This document shows positions 16,760 through 26,776 of a DNA stretch of 56,816 nucleotides, piece after piece. The notes beneath the pieces are model-generated. The model was not told the DNA's origin and did not search any database. It worked only from the letters and a program-made list of their open reading frames with translations. The translations under genes were made by a program, and so were the position numbers. Each line of letters opens with the position of its first letter. Position 1 is the first letter of the stretch. The DNA lies in assembly GCA_045652625.1 (NCBI GenBank), contig JAZRUR010000054.1, forward strand, positions 1 through 56,816, written 5' to 3'. This DNA comes from Eubacteriales bacterium. GTDB taxonomy: Bacteria; Bacillota; Clostridia; Oscillospirales; CAG-382.

Positions 16760-18630
16760 TGTTTACCACCCTGTGAAAGATAGATAAGGAGCACCGATAT
16801 ATCGGACGGCGATACACCGCTTATACGCGATGCTCTGCCGATGTTTTCGGGGCGAAGTTTCTGTAATTTCTGTGCCGCTTCGATACGCAGTCCGCGAATG
16901 ACGGTATAGTCGATATCAGGCGGAAGCATTTTTTCTTCGAGTTTAGCAAAACGCTCTACCTCTGCAAGTTGGCGTTTTATATAGCCCGAATACTTAATTT
17001 CTGTTTCGGCACGTGTGAGAATATTTTTATCGCAATTCTCGGCATTGTCGCCTGCCAGATTCAAAATATCATTAATCGTTATTTCGGGCCGTCTTAACAG
17101 TTCCGCCTTTACGATACCTGCGCCGGTACGAGAATATCCGCGTTCTTCAAGCAGATCGTCAAGAGCGTTCGATGCTTTTATACTTTCGTGTTCAAGCGAG
17201 TATATCAATTCGGCAAGGTTCTTTTCGGTTTCCAAGAAGTTTTTGTACCGTTCCTCGCTCACAAGTCCGATTTCGTAGCCTTTGGGCAAAAGGCGCGTTT
17301 GGGCGTTATCCTGTCTTAATAACAAGCGATACTCGCTACGCGAGGTCATCATACGGTAGGGTTCGTTCGTGCCCTTTGTTACAAGGTCGTCGATAAGTGT
17401 ACCTATATAACTTTCGCTACGAGTAAGCGAGAAGGCTTCTTCACCTTTTACTTTAAGCGCGGCGTTTATACCTGCTATAAGGCCCTGTGCCGCCGCTTCC
17501 TCGTAACCCGAACTTCCGTTGAACTGACCCGCTCCGAAAAGACCGCTTATATCGCGGAATTCAAGCGTATTTGTAAGTTGTAACGGGTCGCAGCAATCGT
17601 ATTCGATTGCATACGCCGTACGCATAAATACGGCATTTTCAAGACCTTCGATACTATGAATAAGTTCTAATTGAACCTCCTCGGGCAGAGAACTCGAAAG
17701 GCCTTGGAGATATACCTCTTTTGTATCTGTACCCATAGGTTCGACGAATATTTGGTGACGTTCTTTATCTGCAAAACGCACTACTTTATCCTCTATACTC
17801 GGACAATAGCGCGGTCCCGTTCCGTGAATAACCCCCGAATATAACGGCGAACGAGAAAGGTTATCGCGGATAATTTGGTGTGTATTTTGATTGGTATATG
17901 CGATATAACAAGGCAAAACGTTAGGACGCGATTTTGCAAAACCGAACATTATCGGTTCGCTGTCGCCCTCTTGGAGTTCAAGTTTTTCGTAATTAATAGA
18001 ATCGGCATGAATTCTCGGAGGTGTACCCGTTTTAAATCGAGCGAGTTTTACTCCGAGGTTTTGAAGTGACTCGACAAGACGGTTTGCGGGTAAAGTATTA
18101 TCGGGACCCGAAGCATACGCTTCTTCACCGACTATAATTCTGCCGCCCAACGAAGTACCTGTTGCGATGATAACGCATTTGGCAGGATAAAACGCACCAA
18201 ACGATGTAGTAACGCCAGTCACTCCGTTTTCGTCGGCTTCTACCGACACAACCTCCGATTGTTTCAGGGTAAGATTAGGGGTGTTTTCAACGACATTTTT
18301 CATATAGTCGCGGTAACGAACCCTATCCGACTGCATTCTCAACGAGCGTACAGCAGGACCTTTTGATGCATTAAGCATACGGCTTTGTAGCATAACTGCA
18401 TTTGCGGCACGTCCCATTTCGCCGCCGAGCGCATCTATTTCAAAAACGAGGTGTCCTTTTCCCGTTCCGCCGATCGACGGATTACACGGCATATTACCCA
18501 CAAGGTCAAGCGTAAGGGTGAAAAGCACTGTATTTACACCCATTCTTGCACACGCAAGTGCCGCTTCAAGTCCTGCGTGTCCTGCGCCGATAACGGCAAC
18601 ATCTATTTTTTCTGCTTCATACTTTATCAT
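16756..18630 (-). CDS. mnmG: tRNA uridine-5-carboxymethylaminomethyl(34) synthesis enzyme
   Basis: IGAGHAG, MPCNPSIGG, KTGTPPR, GPRYCPSIEDK, AGQFNG.SGYEEAAAQG. Confidence 0.99.
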   Translation of the reverse strand: MIKYEAEKIDVAVIGAGHAGLEAALACARMGVNTVLFTLTLDLVGNMPCNPSIGGTGKGHLVFEIDALGGEMGRAANAVMLQSRMLNASKGPAVRSLRMQSDRVRYRDYMKNVVENTPNLTLKQSEVVSVEADENGVTGVTTSFGAFYPAKCVIIATGTSLGGRIIVGEEAYASGPDNTLPANRLVESLQNLGVKLARFKTGTPPRIHADSINYEKLELQEGDSEPIMFGFAKSRPNVLPCYIAYTNQNTHQIIRDNLSRSPLYSGVIHGTGPRYCPSIEDKVVRFADKERHQIFVEPMGTDTKEVYLQGLSSSLPEEVQLELIHSIEGLENAVFMRTAYAIEYDCCDPLQLTNTLEFRDISGLFGAGQFNGSSGYEEAAAQGLIAGINAALKVKGEEAFSLTRSESYIGTLIDDLVTKGTNEPYRMMTSRSEYRLLLRQDNAQTRLLPKGYEIGLVSEERYKNFLETEKNLAELIYSLEHESIKASNALDDLLEERGYSRTGAGIVKAELLRRPEITINDILNLAGDNAENCDKNILTRAETEIKYSGYIKRQLAEVERFAKLEEKMLPPDIDYTVIRGLRIEAAQKLQKLRPENIGRASRISGVSPSDISVLLIYLSQGGKQ

Positions 18631-18644
18631 AAGGTTTTCCTTTT

Positions 18645-20009
18645 TTATTTTCCGACACAGAAGTGTGAGAAAATTTCGTTTACTATATCTTCATTAACCG
18701 TTCTTCCGTCCGCCTCGGCAAGAGCCGAGAGCGCCTGTTCGATATCCATACCTGCGATATCTTGTGTGAATGAATCAAGCGCTTCTATTGCGTTTCCGAC
18801 AGCGTTTGACGCATTAACCACAGCGGCGCATTGCCGTGCGTTTACGACGATTTCGTCATTTTCGCCTATTTCACCTGCGCCGAACATTAACGACACTGTA
18901 TCCACCAATTCATCAATGCCCTCTCGGTTACGCGCACTTATCACGATTTTTTTGGCAAAAGCCAAATCTTGATACGCGTTATCGCAGGAAATATCGGATT
19001 TATTTAATATACATACTGTCTTTTCAACTTTATCGGCTGCTATTATTGCATCTACTATACGTTTATCGTCGTCGTCAAACGGCCGCGAAAGATCAAAGAC
19101 GGCAAGAATAAGATTTGCTTCTTCCAATGCCTTTTTGCTACGTTCGATACCTATTTTTTCGACCGTATCTTCGCTTTCTCTTATACCTGCGGTATCGGAC
19201 AGTCGCAATATCATATCACCCAGTCTTACCGTTTCGGTAACAACATCACGGGTAGTACCTGCAATATCGGTAACTATCGCTCTTTCCTCGCCGCAAAGAA
19301 CATTTAGCAGCGAACTTTTGCCTGTGTTCGGTTTGCCGACTATCGCCGTAGCAATGCCTTCGCTTATTGCACGACCGTAGGTGTGGCTGTTTGCAAGGCG
19401 GTCGAGTCTATTTTTAACATCTACAAGTTGATTGCGCATTTCATCGACAGTAACATCGGTCATATCCTCATCGGGATAGTCTATAAACGCATAGACCGAT
19501 GCGGCAAGCAGACGGAGTTCGTCATATATCGCGCTTAAATGTCGGCTTAAAGAACCGTTTGCCTGTTTAGCCGAAACTTCAAGGTGTTTTTCGCTTTTGG
19601 AGTCGATTATACCGCCTATCGCTTCCGCTTGAGTTAACGAAAGTTTGCCGTTTATAAACGCACGTCTTGTAAACTCACCCGCTCCTGCCATAACCGCGCC
19701 GTTTTTTAGTGCTGCGGCAAGAAGTTTTTGTGTAACAAGGATACCGCCGTGACAGTACAGTTCGGCAACGTTTTCACCCGTGAACGAATTGGGCGCTCTG
19801 AAAAGAACACATATACCGTCATCGAATATTCCTTTTTCGTCGGAAAACGAACCGTAATATGTTCGTCCGTGCAATTCCGCCTTAAATCTTTCGGGCGACG
19901 CAGGGACAAAAATCCGCTTTGCAACATCAAAAGCATCCTGTCCGCTTATTCGTATCATCGCGACTCCGCCTTTTCCGTGCGGCGTGCCGATGGCAGCGAT
20001 AGTACTCAT
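18645..20009 (-). CDS. mnmE: tRNA modification GTPase
   Basis: TIAAI, SFTGE, GEFTRRAF, GKPNTGKSS, GTTRD, DTAG, NKSD, C-terminal FCVGK. Confidence 0.98.
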   Translation of the reverse strand: MSTIAAIGTPHGKGGVAMIRISGQDAFDVAKRIFVPASPERFKAELHGRTYYGSFSDEKGIFDDGICVLFRAPNSFTGENVAELYCHGGILVTQKLLAAALKNGAVMAGAGEFTRRAFINGKLSLTQAEAIGGIIDSKSEKHLEVSAKQANGSLSRHLSAIYDELRLLAASVYAFIDYPDEDMTDVTVDEMRNQLVDVKNRLDRLANSHTYGRAISEGIATAIVGKPNTGKSSLLNVLCGEERAIVTDIAGTTRDVVTETVRLGDMILRLSDTAGIRESEDTVEKIGIERSKKALEEANLILAVFDLSRPFDDDDKRIVDAIIAADKVEKTVCILNKSDISCDNAYQDLAFAKKIVISARNREGIDELVDTVSLMFGAGEIGENDEIVVNARQCAAVVNASNAVGNAIEALDSFTQDIAGMDIEQALSALAEADGRTVNEDIVNEIFSHFCVGK

Positions 20010-20158
20010 ACAAAACTCCGTAAAAACATTAATTCATTTCATTATACTTCTTTTTTTCTAACATTGCAATAATTTTCAAAATATCTATATACTTTTTAAG
20101 GTTTATATGATATTATATATTTGTGAAATTATAACTTTGCAACAAAGGAGCAGATAAA

Positions 20159-22885
20159 ATGTCCTTGTTTTCCAAACTTTTTGGCACTTACAGTGAAAAA
20201 CAACTCAAAAAAATAGAGCCGATAGCGCAAAAAATAGAGGCTCTTTCGGATAAATATTCCGCAATGGACGATGCAACCCTTAAAAGTCAGACCGACGTTT
20301 TAAAAGGAAGATTGGCAAACGGCGAAACGCTTGATGATATACTCCCCGATGCTTTTGCAACGGTTAGAGAGGCTTCCTCGCGTGTGCTCGGTAAACGTCA
20401 TTATCACGTTCAACTTATCGGCGGTATCGTTCTGCACCAAGGCAGAATTGCCGAAATGAAAACCGGTGAAGGTAAAACCCTAATGGCTACCCTTCCCGCA
20501 TACCTCAACGCGCTTTCGGGTAAAGGCGTACACATCGTTACCGTAAACGATTACCTCGCAAAGCGTGACAGCGAATGGATGGGCAACATCTATCGTTTTT
20601 TGGGACTCAAAGTGGGTCTTATTATTCAAGGTCTTGACACCAAACAACGTCAAGAAGCGTATAACGCCGACATCACCTACGGCACAAACAACGAATTCGG
20701 TTTTGACTATCTTCGCGACAACATGGTGGTTTATAAAGAAAAAACCGTGCAACGCGGTCACGCGTTTGCAATAGTCGACGAAGTTGACTCTATCCTTATC
20801 GACGAAGCACGTACTCCGCTTATAATTTCGGGCGCAGGCGGCGAATCAAGCGAAATGTACCAAAAGGCAGACGAATTTGTACGCAAGTTGAAATGCTACC
20901 GTATAAAAGAGTTCGATGCCAAAAAGAGCGACGATGATATAAGCGAAGATTACATTGTTGACGAAAAAGCAAGAAGTTGTATGTTCACCTCGAACGGTTT
21001 GGAAAAAGCCGAAAAGCATTTCGGACTTGAAAATATAGGCGACGGCGAACACAGCGAACTCATGCATTATCTTAACAATGCTATCCGCGCACGCGGTGTC
21101 ATGCAGAAAGACATCGACTACGTCATGCAAGACGGCAAGGTCGTTATTGTCGATTCCTTTACGGGCCGTATTATGCCGAGCAGACGGTTCTCTAACGGTT
21201 TGCATCAGGCAATAGAAGCAAAAGAAGGAGTTAAGGTTCAAAACGAAAACCGAACTCAGGCGACAATCACATTCCAAAACTTCTTCAGAATGTACAAAAA
21301 ACTTTCGGGTATGACAGGTACTGCCATGACCGAAGAAGATGAATTCAGAGAGATCTACTCGCTTGACGTTATTGAGATTCCTACCAACAAGCCGATGGTA
21401 AGAATCGACCGTAACGACGTTGTTTACAAGAGTATTTCGGGCAAAATAGAAGCAATTATACGCCAAATCGAGGAATGCCGTGCAAAAGGACAGCCTGTAC
21501 TTGTCGGTACGGTTTCGGTTGAAAAAAGTGAACAACTGTCCAAAATACTAAAAGCAAGAAATATCCCTCACAACGTGCTTAACGCAAAGCATCACGAAAA
21601 AGAAGCGGAAATTATTGCTCAGGCAGGTAAATTAGGTGCCGTTACCATTTCGACCAACATGGCAGGACGCGGTACAGACATTATACTCGGCGGCAACTCT
21701 GAGTTCTTGGCAAAAGACGTTCTACGCAAAGAAGGTCTTGATGATTACATGCTTTACGAAGCGACCAACTGCGGCGAAACCGATGATGTAGAAATACTCA
21801 ACGCAAGAAAGCGTTTTAACGAACTCAAAGAGGAATTCGAAAAAGATATCCGCGTTGAAGCCGATAAGGTACGCGAAGCGGGCGGTTTGTTCATTTTAGG
21901 TACAGAACGCCACGAAAGCAGACGTATCGACAACCAGTTACGCGGCCGTGCAGGACGTCAGGGCGACCCGGGTGAAAGCCGTTTCTTCCTTTCTATGCAG
22001 GACGATCTTATGCGTTTATTCGGCGCAGACAAGGTTTTGGGCATAGTTGAAGCCTTAAAGATGCCCGAAGATCAACCTATCGATGCAAGTATTCTTTCGA
22101 ACTCTATCGAAAACGCTCAAAAGCGTATCGAAGGTCACAATTTCGAACGCAGAAAGAACGTTCTTCAGTATGACGACGTTATCAATCTTCAGCGCGAACT
22201 CATCTACAAGGAACGCCGAGAGGTGCTTGACGGTACAGATATTTCCGACAAAATCAAGAAAATGGTCAATGACCACATCACCGAAACCGTCGCTCTGCAT
22301 ACGCAGTCCGACGTACCCGACGAATGGGAATTCGACGAAATACGCAACACTTTCAAAGGTCTGCTTTGCGGCGACGACGATTTCCGTTACAACCAAAACG
22401 ACATGGCATCTCTTAATGCCTCTGATATTACAGACATTCTCTGCGAACGTGCTGAGGAACTCCTTAAGAAGCAGGAAGAAGTCTTTACTCCCGAAATATT
22501 CCGCGAAGTAGAGCGTTCGGTATTACTGCGCAACGTCGATTCGCGTTGGGTAGAGCACATTGATGCTATGGACGACCTCATGGGAAGTATCGGACTTAAC
22601 GCCTATGCACAGCGCAACCCGATCGTCGAATACAAAATACAAGGCGGTGCAATGTTCGAAGAAATGATATCGGGCATTCGAGAGGGCACTGCCAGAATGA
22701 TACTTTCCGCAAGACCGCGTCAAGCAACCGTAGAGCGCAAACAAGTGCTTAACGGTGCGGCAAGCATGCGCACAGAAGGCGGACAAAAAGTAAAACCCAC
22801 ACCCGTCAAGCGCGAAGAAAAGGTCGGACCTAACGACCCCTGCCCTTGCGGAAGCGGTAAAAAGTATAAAAAATGTTGTGGATAA
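20159..22885 (+). CDS. secA: Preprotein translocase subunit SecA
   Basis: MKTGEGKT, DEVDSILIDEARTPLIIS, TNMAGRGTDI, ESRRIDNQLRGR, SEC-C motif CPCGSGKKYKKCC. Confidence 0.99.
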   Translation: MSLFSKLFGTYSEKQLKKIEPIAQKIEALSDKYSAMDDATLKSQTDVLKGRLANGETLDDILPDAFATVREASSRVLGKRHYHVQLIGGIVLHQGRIAEMKTGEGKTLMATLPAYLNALSGKGVHIVTVNDYLAKRDSEWMGNIYRFLGLKVGLIIQGLDTKQRQEAYNADITYGTNNEFGFDYLRDNMVVYKEKTVQRGHAFAIVDEVDSILIDEARTPLIISGAGGESSEMYQKADEFVRKLKCYRIKEFDAKKSDDDISEDYIVDEKARSCMFTSNGLEKAEKHFGLENIGDGEHSELMHYLNNAIRARGVMQKDIDYVMQDGKVVIVDSFTGRIMPSRRFSNGLHQAIEAKEGVKVQNENRTQATITFQNFFRMYKKLSGMTGTAMTEEDEFREIYSLDVIEIPTNKPMVRIDRNDVVYKSISGKIEAIIRQIEECRAKGQPVLVGTVSVEKSEQLSKILKARNIPHNVLNAKHHEKEAEIIAQAGKLGAVTISTNMAGRGTDIILGGNSEFLAKDVLRKEGLDDYMLYEATNCGETDDVEILNARKRFNELKEEFEKDIRVEADKVREAGGLFILGTERHESRRIDNQLRGRAGRQGDPGESRFFLSMQDDLMRLFGADKVLGIVEALKMPEDQPIDASILSNSIENAQKRIEGHNFERRKNVLQYDDVINLQRELIYKERREVLDGTDISDKIKKMVNDHITETVALHTQSDVPDEWEFDEIRNTFKGLLCGDDDFRYNQNDMASLNASDITDILCERAEELLKKQEEVFTPEIFREVERSVLLRNVDSRWVEHIDAMDDLMGSIGLNAYAQRNPIVEYKIQGGAMFEEMISGIREGTARMILSARPRQATVERKQVLNGAASMRTEGGQKVKPTPVKREEKVGPNDPCPCGSGKKYKKCCG

Positions 22886-22958
22886 TCGGCGTTGATTTCA
22901 GGCAACAATAAAAACAGCCTATATATTCAAGCCGTAATTTAAGGAGAAAACACAAGCA

Positions 22959-23609
22959 ATGGGATTTGGAATAGCGTTGTTCGGATATGCGTTTTTACTA
23001 CTGCACGAAATTGGCGGTGCGATTTTTGCGGCACCGTTACTTGCGTACGGTTTTTTCCTCGCGTCGAGATTGGAAAACACCTTTTTAAAGGCGTCGGTAT
23101 CTGCGCTTTTCCTGCTCCCCCGTGCCATTTTACAGATTTGTACCATTATCGGAATATTTGATATTACCGAAATGCCCACACTCAACAGCGCAACATTTAT
23201 ACTTCATCTCTTGGCTTGGCTGTTGATGTCGTTTTTTTGGTTGACTGCCGTTATTAAAATAGCGCATGACTGTCAAGCGGAAAAACTTGAAAACCAGGCA
23301 CGAAACCGTCTCGTTTTCACAGTTGTTTTCATTTCCCTATCGCTTATTGCAAATATACTTAACATGGGCGGAATGCTTGGCAATCTCGGTTTTACGGTAA
23401 ACACTTTGCAATATATACTTCAATATGCGGTTATACTTGTTAATATAATTTTTCTCCATACCTGCTTTGTACTTATAACGAGCCAAAAGCAATACGAAAA
23501 AGACAAACAAGCGATCGCAAAAGAACAAGCCAAGGCGCTCGAAAAGATGCAAAAAGACAGACAGGAGGCGGCAAGAAAACTTGAAGAACGAAACAACAGA
23601 AAGAAATAA
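22959..23609 (+). CDS. Hypothetical multi-pass membrane protein
   Basis: About 6 hydrophobic segments and a charged C-terminal coiled tail; AAGGAG upstream. Confidence 0.75.
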   Translation: MGFGIALFGYAFLLLHEIGGAIFAAPLLAYGFFLASRLENTFLKASVSALFLLPRAILQICTIIGIFDITEMPTLNSATFILHLLAWLLMSFFWLTAVIKIAHDCQAEKLENQARNRLVFTVVFISLSLIANILNMGGMLGNLGFTVNTLQYILQYAVILVNIIFLHTCFVLITSQKQYEKDKQAIAKEQAKALEKMQKDRQEAARKLEERNNRKK

Positions 23610-24879
23610 CAAAAGCGTTTCAAAAAGAAGTTTTTGGCTGATCCTTATCGGATTTGCGTTTTTTGTAAATCCCGTTCCGTTTGGACTTGATATTGTCCCC
23701 GATGTTATCGGTTGCGTCATGTTATTCTTCGGATTAACGCAACTTGCGTATTTCGACGGTTCTGTCGAAGATGCAAGAAAGAGTATTTTTTATCTTACAG
23801 CAGTAGAGTTTTTGCACCTTTTACTGATGCGCTCGATGTTTCTTACCCAAATTAGCACGAACCGACTTCTCGCAGTAACAGGTTTTTCAATAGTGCAGGG
23901 TATTATTTATATCATGCTTTTCAAAAAACTCTTTGGCGGCATTGCTTATTTCGCAATGAGAAACAACTGCAACCAAACACTTAACAAATGTGACGGCACA
24001 GCGTTTCTTTCCTATCTCGCTTTTTTCGTTCGTATCGGCGCGACGCTTATTCCCGAATTGATTTCGCTTATCGAATGGAATCTGTATGTAGAACTTGACC
24101 CCGACAAACATGATGCTATTTCGGCGTTTGTAAATATGAAACCCGTTATTGTTGTGTTGTTTACCCTTATTGCTCTCGGAACATCGGTAGTGTGGTTTAT
24201 TTCTTTGGCGAAACTATTGACTGTATTCAAAAAAGAAGCAGCAGAAACCTTAGACACACGTTATAACGGCGAATACACCTCACGCCCCGAAAAGGTGATT
24301 CCAAAAAAACTGCGCCGCGGTTCATACGCGGTATATTTCGCCTTGTTTTTTGCGTTAGACATCAAATTCGACGGCATACGCATCATACCTGCATCGGCAA
24401 TGTTCTTATTACTTTTTGTTGCGGCATTTTTCTTCCGTGGAATTAGCGAATTCAAATCCACAAAAATATATGCAATCCCCGCATTTCTGTTGGTTCTTGC
24501 GACCGAACTTTATCAAGCGCAATTTACTCCGAACGGCGCGATTGTAATTTATGAGACCGACATAAAAACCGTGGCGATCGCTGCAGTGATCGGACTATCG
24601 GCATTGATACTTTGCATGTTTTGCATAAGAATGTTCCTGTCAGAAGTCAAATCTGTATCGATCAACCTTGGTTTAGGAGAAATTTCCACCACAGCGGCAT
24701 GGTTCTTCTACTGTGTTTCAATGATTCTTTGGTGTTTGGGATTCGTTATACCTTATTTCTATTCATCAATCGCTACACCAAGGTTTATTGCGACCGCGAT
24801 TTTTATATGGCAATCGGTTAAAGTTTTAGAACAAATCAATGAAGCAAATTACCAAAAAACAGAACTGTACGGTCAATAA
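23581..24879 (+). CDS. Hypothetical multi-pass membrane protein with internal repeat
   Basis: Many TM segments; TTG start after GGAGG; the D-IVPD-IG-type motif recurs as GIRIIP in the second half. Confidence 0.75.
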   Translation: MKNETTERNNKSVSKRSFWLILIGFAFFVNPVPFGLDIVPDVIGCVMLFFGLTQLAYFDGSVEDARKSIFYLTAVEFLHLLLMRSMFLTQISTNRLLAVTGFSIVQGIIYIMLFKKLFGGIAYFAMRNNCNQTLNKCDGTAFLSYLAFFVRIGATLIPELISLIEWNLYVELDPDKHDAISAFVNMKPVIVVLFTLIALGTSVVWFISLAKLLTVFKKEAAETLDTRYNGEYTSRPEKVIPKKLRRGSYAVYFALFFALDIKFDGIRIIPASAMFLLLFVAAFFFRGISEFKSTKIYAIPAFLLVLATELYQAQFTPNGAIVIYETDIKTVAIAAVIGLSALILCMFCIRMFLSEVKSVSINLGLGEISTTAAWFFYCVSMILWCLGFVIPYFYSSIATPRFIATAIFIWQSVKVLEQINEANYQKTELYGQ

Positions 24880-24989
24880 TCGATTCAAAAAGGGTTTGGG
24901 TATCTAAAAATATCCAAACCTTCTTTATTTTGAGCAAAAATTGGAAGTGAAAAATAAGCAAAATAACGTTACAAAGCCCCTCCAAAGTG

Positions 24990-25018
24990 TTGACAATTCT
25001 ACTCTGCCATGATATAAT
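24990..25018 (+). promoter_or_regulatory. Perfect consensus sigma-A promoter
   Basis: TTGACA-17 nt-TATAAT with TG extended -10. Confidence 0.85.
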
Positions 25019-25080
25019 CAAATAAATTATGGGATATTATCTCCCAAACATTTAAAAATTCAAGAAAGGAAACCACCAAA

Positions 25081-26595
25081 ATGAAGAAGATTCTTGCAAT
25101 TTTCCTCGCATCTCTCTTGGTTGTTTCTATGTTTGCTGTATTCTCTATTCCTGCAGCAGCAGAAACAATCACTGTTGACGGCGACCTTACCGATGTCGGT
25201 TGGGCTGCTGACGGTTGGACCTCCGTAACCCCCGATAACGGTTACTGGCAGGCTCTCCCCACCACTTCCGATACTCTCTCCTTTAAGTATCAACTCCGTA
25301 CCGATGACGCTAAACTCTATGGCGCAATCGTTGCTGACTGCGCTCTCGTAGAAGGCGGTAACGGTAACGGTACCAATGCTCGTATTTGGTTCAGAACCGA
25401 TGACAGTTACAAAGCATACAACTACTTCTACGGTGTAAATGCTACTGCTAACGAAACCAAATACAATACCGTAAAAGACGGTAACTCCTCCGCTGACATC
25501 GCAAACAGCACTTTCAAGTCTTCCATCAAAGAAGTTGAAGGCAAGACCTACATCGAATTTTCTGTAGACCTCGCTGAATTCGGCGGCGCAAACGGTTTCG
25601 ATTACTTCATCTCCCTTTCCAACAAAGTAAACGAAAACATTGCTCTCTTCTACCCTGCTGTTACCGAAGCAAATCCCAGACACAACAACCTTCCTTATAT
25701 CGCTTGGGAAGCAGATAAGGCAATTACTGTAAACCCCGCTGACATCGCTCTTGAAGAATCCTCTGAAGAACCTTCCGAAGATCCCTCCGAAGAACCTTCT
25801 GAAGATCCCTCTGAAGATCCCTCTGAAGATCCTTCCGAAGAACCCTCTGAAGATCCTTCCGAAGATGCTTCTTCTGAAGAACCCTCCGAAGATGCTTCCT
25901 CTGATGCGGATGTTCCTACCGTAAGCAAAAACGTGGCGCTCGGCAAGGATTACACTTCCGCAGGTATCTACGCAGATGCTAACGGCAACGTTCTTTACCC
26001 CGACGCAAACGACAAAGAACTTACCGATAATAAATTCCCCGCTGCTAACGGCAACTTCAAAGACGCAGCATTTGTTGGTTTCAACAAGAATGCACAAGCT
26101 ATTAAAGATGCAGGTTATGCTACCGTTACTGTTGACCTCGGCGAAACCTATAATCTTGACAAATTCGTTGTTTCCAGCGGTTCTGTAATGCTCTCCAGCG
26201 GTATTGCAGCCCCCAAAGGTATCGAAGTATACGTTTCTTCCGACAACGAAAACTGGGAAAAAGTTGGCGCAGCAGATTACACCGACAATGAGGCTGTAAT
26301 CTATGTTGATGCAACCGTTGAACTTGAAGAAGCAGTTGATGCTCGTTATGTTCAGTACCGCATCCTTCCCTTCACTGAAGACGGCACTCCCAGTTGGATG
26401 TTCCTTTGCGAAGTACAGGCATACGCTAACGTTCCTGCCGACAGCGATGATGCTAGCATTCCTAGCACTCCCAGTGCTCCTAGTGCTCCCAGCACCCCCG
26501 TTAAACCCGGCGATGCTTCCAACATGATCATCTTCGCTATCGTTGCTCTCGTAGCAATCGCAGGTTCTGCTGTTGTTATTAAGACTCGCAGATAA
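25081..26595 (+). CDS. Cell-surface protein: DOMON/CBM9-like domain, SE(E/D)P linker, discoidin (F5/8 type C/CBM32-like) domain, C-terminal anchor
   Basis: Signal peptide; ITVDGDLTD.GW; NVALGK, LTD, VTVDLG, VYVSSD..NW, ARYV, FLCEV; VKPGD + TM + KTRR. Confidence 0.75.
   Translation: MKKILAIFLASLLVVSMFAVFSIPAAAETITVDGDLTDVGWAADGWTSVTPDNGYWQALPTTSDTLSFKYQLRTDDAKLYGAIVADCALVEGGNGNGTNARIWFRTDDSYKAYNYFYGVNATANETKYNTVKDGNSSADIANSTFKSSIKEVEGKTYIEFSVDLAEFGGANGFDYFISLSNKVNENIALFYPAVTEANPRHNNLPYIAWEADKAITVNPADIALEESSEEPSEDPSEEPSEDPSEDPSEDPSEEPSEDPSEDASSEEPSEDASSDADVPTVSKNVALGKDYTSAGIYADANGNVLYPDANDKELTDNKFPAANGNFKDAAFVGFNKNAQAIKDAGYATVTVDLGETYNLDKFVVSSGSVMLSSGIAAPKGIEVYVSSDNENWEKVGAADYTDNEAVIYVDATVELEEAVDARYVQYRILPFTEDGTPSWMFLCEVQAYANVPADSDDASIPSTPSAPSAPSTPVKPGDASNMIIFAIVALVAIAGSAVVIKTRR
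25762..25896 (+). repeat. 12-nt coding tandem repeat (SEEP/SEDP x8 plus degenerate SEDA units)
   Basis: Units TCYGAAGAWCCY read directly from the sequence. Confidence 0.95.
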
Positions 26596-26618
26596 TCTAC
26601 TTACATTAAAATAAAATC

Positions 26619-26658
26619 GGCATGTGGACCAATCGGTTCACATGCCATTTTTTCTTTT
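26619..26658 (+). terminator. Intrinsic terminator
   Basis: GGCATGTGGACC/GGTTCACATGCC stem with T-run. Confidence 0.8.
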
Positions 26659-26704
26659 GTATATAATCGAGCAATCATGTTTGAATTTTTTGTAGTTATT
26701 GCTA

Positions 26705-26733
26705 TTGAATATTTATTGCTACGGTGATATAAT
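26705..26733 (+). promoter_or_regulatory. Sigma-A promoter of SulP gene
   Basis: TTGAAT-17 nt-TATAAT with TG. Confidence 0.65.
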
Positions 26734-26776
26734 CCCGATTGTTGCATAATTTTGTAAAAAACGAGAGGTTTTTACT

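Noticed and set aside
20010-20158. Replication origin near mnmE/mnmG
   Set aside because: AT-rich, but no TTATCCACA boxes and no dnaA; consistent with divergent promoters.
25762-25896. Possible CRISPR array
   Set aside because: 12-nt in-frame coding repeats with no unique spacers and no cas genes.
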